64,000 nucleotides of DNA from Fimicolochytrium jonesii (taxonomy: Eukaryota): NCBI RefSeq assembly GCF_025526975.1, contig NW_026515668.1, forward strand, positions 1,426,001 through 1,490,000, written 5' to 3'. The notes under the pieces are model-generated. The model searched no databases. It saw nothing but the letters and a program-made list of their open reading frames with translations, and was not told the origin of the DNA. Of the stretch, positions 36,432 to 47,831 are shown piece by piece (positions within the stretch are counted from its first letter, which is position 1; the number at the start of each line of letters is the position of its first letter). Made by a program: the position numbers and the translations under genes.

Positions 36432-39400
36432 CTATGCTACCCGCCCGCTCAACCCGACGAACCAATCGCACTTCAGCACGTCCTCCGTCGTTGCCCGCAA
36501 TATGGGATCTGGCTCCAACATACGCTCAATGATAGCCTTTTGAGCCACGCTTATTTGATGTAACGGTGAAGGGATGGATGACTCTACATAATATGTGGTA
36601 GTTGGGGTTGCAGGTTTCGGATCGGGCCATTTAATGGAATATGCTGATGCGGAGGGTGCTGGTCTCGCATCTCCTTTACCATCTTCGCCACTTGGGAGGT
36701 CAGGAAATGGATCTAGACCCCCGGTAGCAATGTTGAAGAAGAGGATGCCGAGAGCCCAGATGTCCGCTTCCGGACCCGAATATCCGTTCCCCAATAGGAT
36801 TTCCGGCGCAGAAAACGGCCGCGTGCCATATACCGTGAATTTGCCGCCGCGTTGAGGATTTGCATCCGTTCGAACGCGATCGCCGTCGACATTTCGAGGT
36901 ACAGAATATGAAGATGCATTGCGTGAGGGTGGTGGTGGGTATTTGCCTCCGGCCATCGCATCAGGGCCATTGACCAAAACTTTCTTGGGGTCTCCTTCTT
37001 GGTCATGATCGGCGGTGACACTCGCATCCAAGCTAATCCTATGAGGGCGGTCGCGGGACCGCAAGTGTGGACCCTCATGGATGAACTGGCTCATCCCAAA
37101 ATCGACTAACTTGATGTTGAAAGCCCGATCAACGATCACATTTTCTCCTCGGAAATCCAGGTATACAATTCCTTTCTCTCGCAATGCGACATAAGCGCTC
37201 AAGAGTTGGAAAGACAACCGCCGTTGTATCAGAGGATGCAGTATCCCGTACATGTACAAAAATTCGTCTAGATCACCGGGATGACCATGCCGGGGGCGAG
37301 CGAGGTGCGGAAGGGCGGGTTGTGTGTACTCAGACGCCCGTAGTGGAGGTTCGAAAACTGCGGACGACAAAAATGGCGCGTGTTCCCGAGTAGGACTGTC
37401 CGGAGGCGCCCCTGGGGATAGCGGATGAGAGAAAGATGGCACGCCGGAAGAGCGTGAAGGAAACTGTTCGGACGATTGGGAAACAGATGGAAAAGGCGTC
37501 CCGCGTAAAGTGGGTGGCGACGCGAACGGGCCAGAGCCGTTGGACATCCGTTTTTGCGACGACGCGAAAACAGTTTCTGTGGATTTCAGGCCACCGTCTT
37601 CCGGCAAATCAACGGGTGTCGAGAAAAACGCTGCCGATGAGTCTTCGCGTAGCGGGGAGGGCGGGGGTAGCTTCGTGACGGGACTGGTTCGGTTGGCTGT
37701 CAGAGTAGAAGATCCTTGGGAGTGTGAGCTTGCGACTTCGTGGGGCGGTGTACACGGCGTCTGCGGTGCAGTTATGGGATGCGTTTGTGACCCACACGAA
37801 GGAATGCTTGGGATGGTATGTGAAAGGCTTGTCGTTGGGCGCAATGGGTCTGATGATGCAGGAACGAGGGTATCGGGAAGTCTGATTTCAGAACGGGCTC
37901 CTCGGGGTGGCTTCAAATGAAGCGCATGCGGGTGCTGAAGAGAGGATTCGGTGGGGCTTCTCCACTTCCCATCAGTTGGACTCTGTATGGCAGATGATGC
38001 ATCAGAGCCCGTCACCGTCTGTACGTATGGAAGTGAAACTTGAGACCGACGCGAAGGCGACATCACTATTCTCGAGGTCTGAGCAGGCTCTGGTATCGAA
38101 TCCACAGCTTTCAGGAAACTGTAGATCCGCTCCATGACAATCATGAAGAATGCTTCGTCGGCATAGAGGCCGATGAATCGCACGATATTGGGATGTGCAA
38201 CAGTGCGCAGGATTTCTGCCTCCACAGGAACGAGAAAAGGATACGCCGGTGATTCGACAAGATTGGATGCAGGTACGCGATTCTTCCCCAGAAACTTGAC
38301 GGCGACCCGAGTGGAGCCATCCCTTCTGTCGAGAGCTCCCGCAATGAAGCCATTGCCACCGTACCCGACGAGTTCTGTAAACAGATATCGGGCGTTCAGC
38401 TCCTTAGGGAGACTCTGTATCGTGTCGGCAAAAACTTGCATCACATTGTCCACTTCCCCTGTGATACTTTGCGCCGAGGAAACGAGACCACCAGCCACAT
38501 AAGAGTTTTCACCTCCCGCTGTGTCGTCACGAGGGAGGAACGTGCTAGACGTTGATGGGGAGGCATACGGTGGTTGACTCTTCGACACTGCCGAGAAAAG
38601 TCTGGGATTGACATTCCCGCGATTCTTGCCGCCCGTATCGCCTGATCGAGTTAACGTGGCAAACGGGTTCTGAGGTGAGGTTCGCTTCGGATCGTAGGCG
38701 CCTGATCCACCCGGCTCAGGAGCCCATTGTTCCCACACCTCTTCTTCGTAATCCTCCTCATCCTCGTCGCCGGAATCATAAGTACCGTTACCGACAGATT
38801 CCTCCACATCATCACTATCATTATCACCGTGATCGGGGTCTTCTTCATCATTCAAATGATTGAAAGCTTGAAAGACGTCATCTGAGCGAGACCGCATCCT
38901 CTTCGCCCTGACAATGGTCCGCCCTGCAGCGTCTCTGTGAATTTTCACCCGCACGCGCTCCTCCGTAGAGCGGCCTTTCCTCTTGGTAAGATTCGCAAGA
39001 GAGAAGCAGCATGCCATAAAGTACTGCTGCAATCGCCTCCAAAACGCTAACTTCCTTGGTTTCCGTGGGCGTTGTTTCCGGCGCTTTCGTCGTCTTGGAC
39101 GCGGTTTGATGGTAGTGGGATACTGCTCTCGCGAGTTTCCGGGGTGCTGGGAAAGGGTTGAAGATATAGGCAGCCTTTGTCGGGGTTGAGAGATCGCCAC
39201 AGGAGGGGTGGCGGCAGGTGATTGCAGTGCTGAACTGGTGGAAGCGGACCGAGACCTTGTTTTCGCGCCCAAGCGACGAGACCGGGTCCTCTCCGAGCAT
39301 CCCTTATCGGAAAGACCGTTCTCGACACCGCCGGAGTCGCCCTGGTCGGTCGAAGCTTCCCGCACGCGCAAAGGGATCGTTGGTGTGGGGGCGGAACGTA

Positions 39401-39542
39401 GTGCTACACTGCGATTCTGTCTTGGGGAGGCCGTGGCCGCGCCAATCGGGGGAGCTCTGTCGTTGCTTTCGTTCCAGGCGTGGAAAGGTGATATTCCCCG
39501 CTCGTATCCGTCCCCAGTCTCCTTCTTCCGAAAAATCTTCAT
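36432..39542 (-). CDS. Ser/Thr protein kinase, PASK/CAMK-like catalytic domain with large inserts, no PAS domain seen
   Basis: Intronless 1036 aa. GYGGNG, VAVKFL, EAEIL...HPNIV, YLDFRGEN, KLVDFG, GTRPFSAPE and DIWALG. Confidence 0.9.
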   Translation of the reverse strand: MKIFRKKETGDGYERGISPFHAWNESNDRAPPIGAATASPRQNRSVALRSAPTPTIPLRVREASTDQGDSGGVENGLSDKGCSERTRSRRLGAKTRSRSASTSSALQSPAATPPVAISQPRQRLPISSTLSQHPGNSREQYPTTIKPRPRRRKRRKQRPRKPRKLAFWRRLQQYFMACCFSLANLTKRKGRSTEERVRVKIHRDAAGRTIVRAKRMRSRSDDVFQAFNHLNDEEDPDHGDNDSDDVEESVGNGTYDSGDEDEEDYEEEVWEQWAPEPGGSGAYDPKRTSPQNPFATLTRSGDTGGKNRGNVNPRLFSAVSKSQPPYASPSTSSTFLPRDDTAGGENSYVAGGLVSSAQSITGEVDNVMQVFADTIQSLPKELNARYLFTELVGYGGNGFIAGALDRRDGSTRVAVKFLGKNRVPASNLVESPAYPFLVPVEAEILRTVAHPNIVRFIGLYADEAFFMIVMERIYSFLKAVDSIPEPAQTSRIVMSPSRRSQVSLPYVQTVTGSDASSAIQSPTDGKWRSPTESSLQHPHALHLKPPRGARSEIRLPDTLVPASSDPLRPTTSLSHTIPSIPSCGSQTHPITAPQTPCTPPHEVASSHSQGSSTLTANRTSPVTKLPPPSPLREDSSAAFFSTPVDLPEDGGLKSTETVFASSQKRMSNGSGPFASPPTLRGTPFPSVSQSSEQFPSRSSGVPSFSHPLSPGAPPDSPTREHAPFLSSAVFEPPLRASEYTQPALPHLARPRHGHPGDLDEFLYMYGILHPLIQRRLSFQLLSAYVALREKGIVYLDFRGENVIVDRAFNIKLVDFGMSQFIHEGPHLRSRDRPHRISLDASVTADHDQEGDPKKVLVNGPDAMAGGKYPPPPSRNASSYSVPRNVDGDRVRTDANPQRGGKFTVYGTRPFSAPEILLGNGYSGPEADIWALGILFFNIATGGLDPFPDLPSGEDGKGDARPAPSASAYSIKWPDPKPATPTTTYYVESSIPSPLHQISVAQKAIIERMLEPDPILRATTEDVLKCDWFVGLSGRVA

Positions 39543-40026
39543 CCCTGCTTTTCGCTTCTGCTCCTGCTCAAAGAAGGCTCACAAGCAACTGTATGCTCCG
39601 TTCTCGGCATCTAGTCCACGACGAGACGATACCACAGCAAATACGGTTTTCCACCGTCCGGACGAACTTCCGCCTATCTCCCGGTTGCAGCCGGGACAGC
39701 AGCCGTAGGTTCGTGATGGCGAATGCCGTTGAAGAGTCTCTGGGCTGAATCGTGTCTTAATGACGTCCCACGACTCGTTTCGCAGACGCGTACTACGTCT
39801 GTGAGCTTTAAGGTCGCTCGCTCAGCTCTCGCTTTTCCTCATTCTCGCCACATGGCCTTCACATTGAGAAGGGTGAGACCTGCGAGCTGAGGGCCTGCTG
39901 AGCGGACTTTGTATGTTCGCGACGCTTAACGGAGTGCCCTTTGAGGTCACATTGGCGTTGCTCCGTGCAGACACCGTTGCCTAATGAGGGCGAGCGAGAA
40001 CGAAGCCTTCCACTCTCTATTTTCCC

Positions 40027-42960
40027 ATGATGGACGGGTTTCGCGTTTCGCCCACAGACGGAGTGGTCGAGGATCCTATTGCGAGCAAAAGGCACCTGGA
40101 AGAGTTCCTTGATGTTGTGGAAGAGCTCTTGGACGCTGACGGAAGCGAAAAACTCACTTTATTGGACTTTCTGAGCAAGAGGTGCGTTCGTTCTCTTCCG
40201 CCATGCACCCTCGACGAATGTCAGACAGACACCAACCCACGCTAATCACCAAGACAGATCTTCATTAATCACAGTTAGACGTTATGCACTTATTCAAAGA
40301 GACCTGGATGTCGTGGACGTGCTTTCCGAAACTTTGTTGGAGTCGTTGGAAGCTGTTCGGAACGGGATCGACGATAGTTTGCACCTGAGGGTGAGAAAGT
40401 ACGCGTGGTTTCGACCCTGATGGGTCAAATATACGCTCCATTTGCTGATAGTGTAACCTCATACCGAAATCTTTCTTCGCTCCAGGTCGCTCAGGGCGTT
40501 TTAGGGGTCTTGGAAAGCTTAGTAGGAAGCGAGGGGACCGCAGATACATCGGACGGGATTAGCAAACGAAATGCTACTATTGTTCTGCGTCATCCGAGCA
40601 AACCTCTGCGAGCGGTTTCCGATCTACTCGGGGTGGTATGCGCTATTGCCTCAGAAACTCAAGCTGGACAGAGGAAAGGCCTTGCGCGAGCGTGTGATCT
40701 CCTCAATCACGCGAGTGGCCTCGTTTCGCACCTCACTGCAAACGCCGGATGGTCCTTGGATGCGCTCCAAGGTCTGGGTACATATGACAAAGCCAAAGGC
40801 CTCTCTTCTGGGCAATCGATGGATGATGTAGTGGGGATGGTGTTACAGATTGTGACTGGCGAGCTCATCCTCCTCTCTGGAATGGACGGAAATCAACCAC
40901 ATCGTCTGTTTGAGACCTTTGAAAAGGTTCTTCAACTCTGGTTACAGACAGCAAGCACGGCAGTCGTTTCACCAGTGCTTTGGCTGCTCTTGGGTGCCGT
41001 TTTGAGATGTCAATTACCTGGGGCACTGGCAAATACGAGTGCAAGCACGACAACAGTGAAATGGATGTTGAGTCAGGGAGAATTGTACCTGAAAGGCCGC
41101 TCACTGACAGGGCAGGAAATTCAACGCGCACTTGAGCGCCGTGGGAATAGTTGGGTATCGATTATTTCCATGTTGACAACAAGCCTTCAAAAAGCGCGGG
41201 TCCTACCCCAACCCGCGTCGACCTTCGTCAAGCAGAATGTTGCAGATTTGTTCGCGTTCTATGTGAATGTGAGAGGAAACCATACGCACCTGCACAGTCC
41301 GCCTGCAGCAGCTTCACTCTCGATGAAACAGATGCGTGCCAGTCCGACTGCGTACTGCTCGATTCCCACCAATTTACAAGATTGCATGCACAGGGTCAAA
41401 AGTCTGCTCACCGTACATTTTGTTTCGGACGTCAATGACCTCGCCGCCCATATCGCGGATGTATTGCGGAATCTTGCAATCCTGAAGTTACCACATTGCT
41501 CTATCGGGGATGAACTCATATCTCTCCAAAAGGACTTCAACTGGGCCATTCACCACGAAGAGCGTTGCAGCTTGTATCCATCGCCGATGAGCAAGTTTGG
41601 AGTTTTTTCCATGGAGGACTTGCATGCGTGCGTTGTTTTCGCATTGGACGTATTCAGCAAGTATTGCTTGTTGGCTGCGGGTGCTGGAAAATCGCTGGCT
41701 CCGTCGCTGCAGCTTCCAGCTGCACAGCCATCTGCGGCTCCTACCTCTCCTGCGGCTGGCATACTGCGCTTGGGGGTTGCGATTGTTTGTACAGAAGATG
41801 CATGTATGGAGTCGCATGAGTGCGCGTCAGCGGGAAGCGAGCATGAAATTCTGAACGAATCAGTAGATGGGAAAATGACAGCACTCCTCCTGGACATCGC
41901 GAAACGCTGCCAAGATCAGCTACTGATTCCATTCTTCAGGGAACCCATGCGATGGAAGTTGTTCCCAGCGGTTCTGCTGAAAGAAGTCAAATCAGCAAGA
42001 CTGAAAGAGGCCTCGAATTCGAGTAAGCTCGATTGCGGGGGAATACTTCCAGCTGCGGCGAGCCCATTATCGTTGTTACCTTCACTGAGACCTCCCACAC
42101 GATCGAATATCGCTCGTGAGCCGATGAAAGCATCTTCGGAAAGTTCATTAGCCTTGAGCCCAAGGCTCAGCGGTTCCTCTGAGATACTTGGGGGCACTTC
42201 AGCCGTTGCGCAGCGGCCCGCCATGATGGAAGAGCCGCGGACTAGATACATGGAGGTTCGGCTTCAAATCCTTGAAGGCATCCTTGGTTCTCTTCGAGCA
42301 TTTAATGGTCGCAGATCCAGCGTGAACCTCAACCGTCGTCCAAGGTCCGCCAGCGCCTCGCCTTCTTCCCTTTTGAGACCGCATGATCCTTCGGCTGCTT
42401 CCATAGCAACGTTATCGGGCGGTAATTTGCTTGATGATGCCGATGTACCAAACAGTGACCGCTCGGAAACTGCAGGCGAGATAGCCTACTTTCTGGATAA
42501 CGGTGAGTGACGTCCTGCTGTGCGATTTGCGGTTTGACTTCATCACTCATATCACCTCCCGCCAACAGATCTATCCTCGTTCCTAGCGGACCTGCATAAA
42601 TACCTCCTCTATCATCGAAATGCGAATAACGCCATCTTCCATGATCATTTGCGGGAAGCCGTGCCCTATCTTTCCTCACTTCTGAGACCTCCAGATGCAA
42701 CCCGACGACCTGCACCACCGGCAATGCCACCACCAGGCGGTGCCGCCAAGTTGCGAGCTCGGAGGCTGCAACCCCTTGGGAAACCGGGCGGCTCAGGGGA
42801 GATAGAGATTACAGGAAGGATTACGGTACCGCGACTGAGCAGTACCTCAAAAAGCGACCTTCCTTCGCAATCGTCTCCGCCAGGCGGCTCGTTCAATGAG
42901 TCTGTGTACGTTTTTGGAGCCCGCGGTTTATCGTCTAGTATATTGGATTCTCATGTGTGA
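40027..42960 (+). CDS. Hypothetical Leu-rich helical protein (about 900 aa)
   Basis: ORF pieces join in frame through GT-AG introns at 40182..40257, 40399..40451 and 42503..42568; no family recognised. Confidence 0.7.
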
Positions 42961-43298
42961 CGATTTGAATGAATAGTATACGAACTTTGGAGTTTATGCA
43001 TTTTGAGCCCCGCACGTTCCCTCCGCACTTGTGTTGTTTCAAATTGGGACTGATTATGCCCTTTCAGGGACAGTTGGATTATGTTGACTTGGTTCAGCAA
43101 TCGATTTTACGGGTTGGAAGTGCTGCTATCATGATAATAGCTTACATCTGATGCGTATTCCGACCTTTTAATTTAGAATTTACATGTCCTATTGGACGTT
43201 GACGACTCTTCTCAATAAGGCTGCATGAAAGCGCCGCAATGCACAAGCATCATCAGTGGTCAAGTTCTCTACCGGACAGACCCATGGCGCCCTCACCA

Positions 43299-44344
43299 CT
43301 ATTTGCCAGCGCCATGTACCGCCAGCAGGCCTGAGAGGTCCATCGATGTGCCCTGACGCTCCTACATGAGGTCCCAGAGTTGGCCACAGTGAGTCCTCAT
43401 TCCAGAATTCTCAAGGGCATGCATCCCATGAAGACACGTACATTCTTGTAACTCAGCATCAGCTCCTTGAAAGCAGTAAACTCCGCCAGGCTGCTCAGAA
43501 CATCAAATACATCCCCATCTAGAGCTTCCTTCTGAGATCTACCGCGTTCCAAACGGGTCACTGTCAGTTCTTTTGTCAAGTTGTCAGCAAACGCAAACTG
43601 GGTCCCACTTCATCATCATCAAAAAGGTTGACATGCTGAACCAGCTCAGCCGCGCCTTCAACCGCTTCTCTATAAATGTTTCTATGAGCTTCACCTGGAG
43701 GAGATGATGAGCTTCCATCGGTCGCAGTGCAGACATGGAATCTCACCAAACAGACGCGTACATAGCTGTGAAAGAGATCGGTGTAGACATGCTTGTTCTC
43801 CTCGTCATCGGTAAAGACATCGCAGTTCTCTGCCATGAACGTCTCCTGTAGCTCAATGAAGTATGGGTCTGATGGAGCGGGTTGAATCAGCACAGGGTCC
43901 AGTATGAATTGGTATGTCTCCTTTAAAATGACGTACGTACCCATGAGCATATCTTCTAGCTCACCCACAACCTCGTCGAATTGGACATCTGCACTGCTGC
44001 ATTTGCTGAAAGGCCAAGCGGAATCAGCGTTTGATCAGGGCAATGCTGTTGACCTGGCTTCATGCGCTTTAATTATGGAAGCTAGTTCTGACACATGGCG
44101 CGCGCAGTTTCTCCACCCACCTGCTCTTGGCCACCACCTCTTCCCCTTCCCCGTCGCCTTCTCTCAAGCTACGCGTCGAGCCGACGCGGCTACTCGAACC
44201 GAATCGGATGTCCTCCCCATCCACATCGAGATCTAAGTCTGGTCACGGCAAAAGGATTGTTGGTCACCTCTGCATTCCGCCGCGAGCCGCGCATTGGACG
44301 ATACGAAGACTGAACCTACCTACGCGGGAGGCAGTTGCGGCCAT
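43299..44344 (-). CDS. ARL2BP: ARL2-binding protein (BART domain)
   Basis: Spliced exons give FDEVVGELEDMLM-DPYFIELQETFM...FTDDEENKHVYTDLFHSY-VKLIETFIEKRL...DGDVFDVLSSLAEFTAFKELMLSYK. The start at ATG 44344 (MAATASRV|DLDLD) is inferred. Confidence 0.88.
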
Positions 44345-45074
44345 TTCGGAGCTGATGTTGGTGAGACTGAGGTGTGTATCGTCCTGAGTAGAATGTCCTG
44401 GCACGGTCGTGGTTTGAGCAAAGTTCCGTAACGTGGGTCCCGGAGTATCGCTGGCTCCTGACACTACTGGGGTGATCGAGCGTATGCAGCTAATATATAT
44501 GCCTGAGTAAGAAGGATGCTTGTCGTTGGACTGGCGTAGTTCTGGCGTTGGACTGTTGAAACTGGACGGAGCGGGGCAAGCGTGACAAACGGGGCAAACA
44601 CACGATAGTACGCGTCTCTACTACGCTTCTTGAGCCTTCCAGCGACCCTTGGGAACGCTCGCCTGCGCTGATCCCACCCTACGACTCGGTTTGGAAGGTA
44701 AGGAAGTTGTATTTGCGGAAGAGAGAACACCACGTCCCATCTTCGCTCCCGTCTTTATGCCCACCACGCGCAGTATCGGCTCGCTCCTCCCACTCTTTCA
44801 ACGAGTTGAATTGCGATCAATCCTCAAATTTGACCAACGCAGTAGGTATGTGAAATGTGTTTCGTATCGAAAGGTACATATGATATAGGGATACAATGGT
44901 ATGAAGATGCTGAATGTTATGATGGGGTATGCAATGAAGATGATATGATGAATGGTATGCGAGTGAAATGTCTAATGTATGTGTGGATGCTATAGGCTAG
45001 CTACAGATCCCTCAAACGAGTGTTCGAACGGCGGGTCTTGTCGAACTGTGGCCGAGACGGGGGAAGAAGTGCCT

Positions 45075-45791
45075 CTAAGCGCCCAAACGAGCCTCCTTGA
45101 TGCACTGCGTCAAGGTGTCCTCGGATTTCCATCCGCAGAGCAGGGACTTGTTGATGTAACCACATGAAGCTTTCTTGAAGCATTCGAATTCCGGTTTCCA
45201 CGCGCAGCTCGAGGTGGCGGTGGAGTCCTTGGGGACACAGAGTTCGGAGTTGCATCCGGCCACCTTGCATCCGGCCTCCTTGGGCACGTCGGCGTCGGCC
45301 TTGGCTTGCGTGATGCAGTTGTTCAACTCGTCCGACTTGGCCCATCCGCAAGACTGGGTGTTGTTGTCGAACTCGCAGGAGGCGGCGGGAGTCTTGAAGC
45401 AGGCAAACTCAGGTTTGTAGATGCAGATACCCGGGCGGTCGGGGCTGGAGGCCGCGACACAGAGTTCCCCGCTGCATCCCGTGACTTTGCAAAGGGGTGT
45501 GGGTTTGGTCGCCGGCGCCGTCTTGGTCTCGATGCATTTGGTGAGCTTCGGGGTCATCTTCCAGTTGCAGGATTGCTCGCGAGCGTTGTACTGGCATGTG
45601 GCGGTCTTGAAGCACTCGTACTCGGGCTTCTGCACACATCCACTGACGCCGGGTTCGGCATTGGAAGGCAGACACAGCTCAGCGCTGCATCCAGCGATCT
45701 TGCAGTGCTTGGCGGAGGCGGCGTCGATGGCGGAGGCGGACACACCAGTGAAGGCGGTCAAGGCAAGAATGGCAAGAGTAGTGAACTGCAT
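45075..45791 (-). CDS. Secreted protein with three tandem eight-cysteine repeats
   Basis: Signal peptide MQFTTLAILALTAFTGVSA from ATG 45791, then three repeats of CKxxGCxxELC...C..KPE(Y/F)xCFK...C........CxW......LxxCI. Intronless, with codons strongly biased to C/G endings. Confidence 0.92.
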   Translation of the reverse strand: MQFTTLAILALTAFTGVSASAIDAASAKHCKIAGCSAELCLPSNAEPGVSGCVQKPEYECFKTATCQYNAREQSCNWKMTPKLTKCIETKTAPATKPTPLCKVTGCSGELCVAASSPDRPGICIYKPEFACFKTPAASCEFDNNTQSCGWAKSDELNNCITQAKADADVPKEAGCKVAGCNSELCVPKDSTATSSCAWKPEFECFKKASCGYINKSLLCGWKSEDTLTQCIKEARLGA

Positions 45792-45898
45792 CTCGAATGT
45801 CTTTGATGGACGGGCGAAGAGAGGGTTGAGGCAGGAGTGTTGAGCGGTGCGGGTGTGATGAGTGCTGCGATGAGGGCAAGAGGAAAGGGGGGCCCCCC

Positions 45899-45905
45899 TT
45901 TTATA
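45899..45905 (-). promoter_or_regulatory. TATA box of the Cys-rich secreted protein gene
   Basis: TATAAAA(G) on the minus strand about 110 nt upstream of ATG 45791. Confidence 0.6.
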
Positions 45906-46669
45906 GCCGATCCCTGTCCTGCATTGCTGCGTACGTTGCTGCGTTGATGCGCTGCCATGCAGTGAGAGAGGCATCAGCTTTTTGCTTTTTCGCTTTGTAG
46001 CTCAAAAGGGCCGGAAGTGAGTATGCTTTTTCTTTTTCTTTTTCTTTTCCGCCTTCCGCCCAAAGCTGTAATAACTATACGTCCTTTCGCTTGGGAAGCT
46101 CAGCGCGCAGCTGTCAGCCGGGTTAAGATGCACATTCATGCTTGCCATCTGCCCCGTCACCCGATGTGGGGTAAAGACAACAATACATACCTGCCTGCCG
46201 GCCCCCGGGCAGTGCCGGCCGTCTTCAAAGTTTTAGACAACTTTTACGCAGTAACCCCACTCTGTGACATGTGCGCAGTGGGGTTCATTTCAGGCTTTCA
46301 GCACGGCTGAAAGCCACAAATGAGAGAAAAAAACGATCTGGCCGGGGCCCAGCCTCCGAATCTAGGGAAAAAAAAGATGCCGGAAAGCGTAAAATGAAGC
46401 CAACAACGCGTTGCTCACGCGTCGGTTGTTCCGCCCGCGTACAAGCGGACTTTTTTGAGTTCGAGGCTCAAAATTAAATGCTCGCTACGTGGATCCTTGT
46501 CTTTGCAGCTACAGCCTAAGCTTGCCGAACTGCAACGGGTTCCCACCAAACTGCGGCGCTGTGCAAATCTGCCACTCTAATGCGGAAGTGGTGGGAGTCC
46601 CCGGTGTAGAGGAGCAGGACAGGGAGGACAGGAAAAGGACCCACCAGATTGCGAGTCTTTTTTTTTGCC

Positions 46670-46866
46670 ATGTGCGGGAATGTGGGAGCCATCAGAGCAG
46701 AGGACAGCGTGGCGAGCTGGGGCCTCACAGGTTTCCGCGCTGTGCGAACCTTCTAACGCGATGTGCAGGGTGGGAAGCCACCAGCGCAGAGACAGCGTAA
46801 TTGAGCTGGGGACCAACAGGTTACCGCGATGTGCGTGCTGTAACGCGATGTGCGGGAGTGTGGGAG
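46670..46866. repeat. Diverged tandem repeat, about 89-bp unit, about 2.2 copies
   Basis: Units begin atgtgcrgg at 46670, 46761 and 46848. The two full copies share gtggga..cca.cag.gcaga..acagcgt...gagctgggg.c..acaggtt.ccgcg.tgtgcg...taacgcg. Confidence 0.75.
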
Positions 46867-47831
46867 TAGAGGCCTCCGAGATTTGATCTCCTAGGCTACC
46901 GCCGGCAACCTTTGGACAGTCTTCATGCATGTAATAGCAGCATATCGGCAGATTCCTTTCGTCGGGGGGTTTTTTTCTCGTTCTCTCCAGTCCTTGCACA
47001 TTTGCCAAGGTCGTATGACGAGCTTTTCGCATGATCATGCGGGGTTCAGCTTGAGCGCCGCGCATGTCATTGATTTACATTCAGTGTCTCGACTTGGGTA
47101 TCGGATCTATTCGTTGGGAACCCATCCTACTCATCAATGTGCAGCTGAGTAGGTCCAGTCATGGGCACGGTTTTCCGTAGATGATCTATATGCTGATCGA
47201 ATCTACGTGTAAACTGTCGTAGGACCCGGCCAGCTTCCATACTATGAGCCTCCTACCACTACCGACACGGCTTGAAAAGTTACCGCAGCCGAACGCCCGA
47301 GAGCCGATTCATGCGTGCGCCATCTTAATTTTGAGGGCGGGCAAACGGCTGCGGGCTGAAGCTGCCTGAACGCTGAGGTGTCCCCGCGATCGTTTTATTT
47401 GCACACACTTCCGAAAATGAAGTGAATAATGGGCGTCCCGGGCGGCGTGCCCTCGTACTAGGCACATTGGGTAACACTCCACGTAAATAGTGCGTCAATG
47501 TTACGAACGCATTTTGTGCAGTGCTCGAAGTGTCAACTGCGATGATACCAACAGTCCGGCGCCCCAGAGCTTAATCCACCGCGCGAATGGAGTTTACTGT
47601 ACTCAGCAGCGTGAGGTTCGGGGCAGAGATACGTCTCAGCCCTACCTATCCTCGGCGAGTGGTTGGCTTCCTTTTTCTCCGTCCTGAACCCTTGGAAGTC
47701 GTTATGAGCTCCATGTCGAAAGGCTGTTCTTTCTCCACGCGCTCACAGATCTATTGTTGTCTATATACAGGACTATGCGCTATGAATCTGACATTAAAAA
47801 GCATTCTCCGGAAGAAAGCACGCTCAATGTG

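Noticed and set aside
45792..45974. Upstream in-frame extension of the Cys-rich ORF
   Set aside because: Spans the TATA box; the signal peptide begins at ATG 45791.
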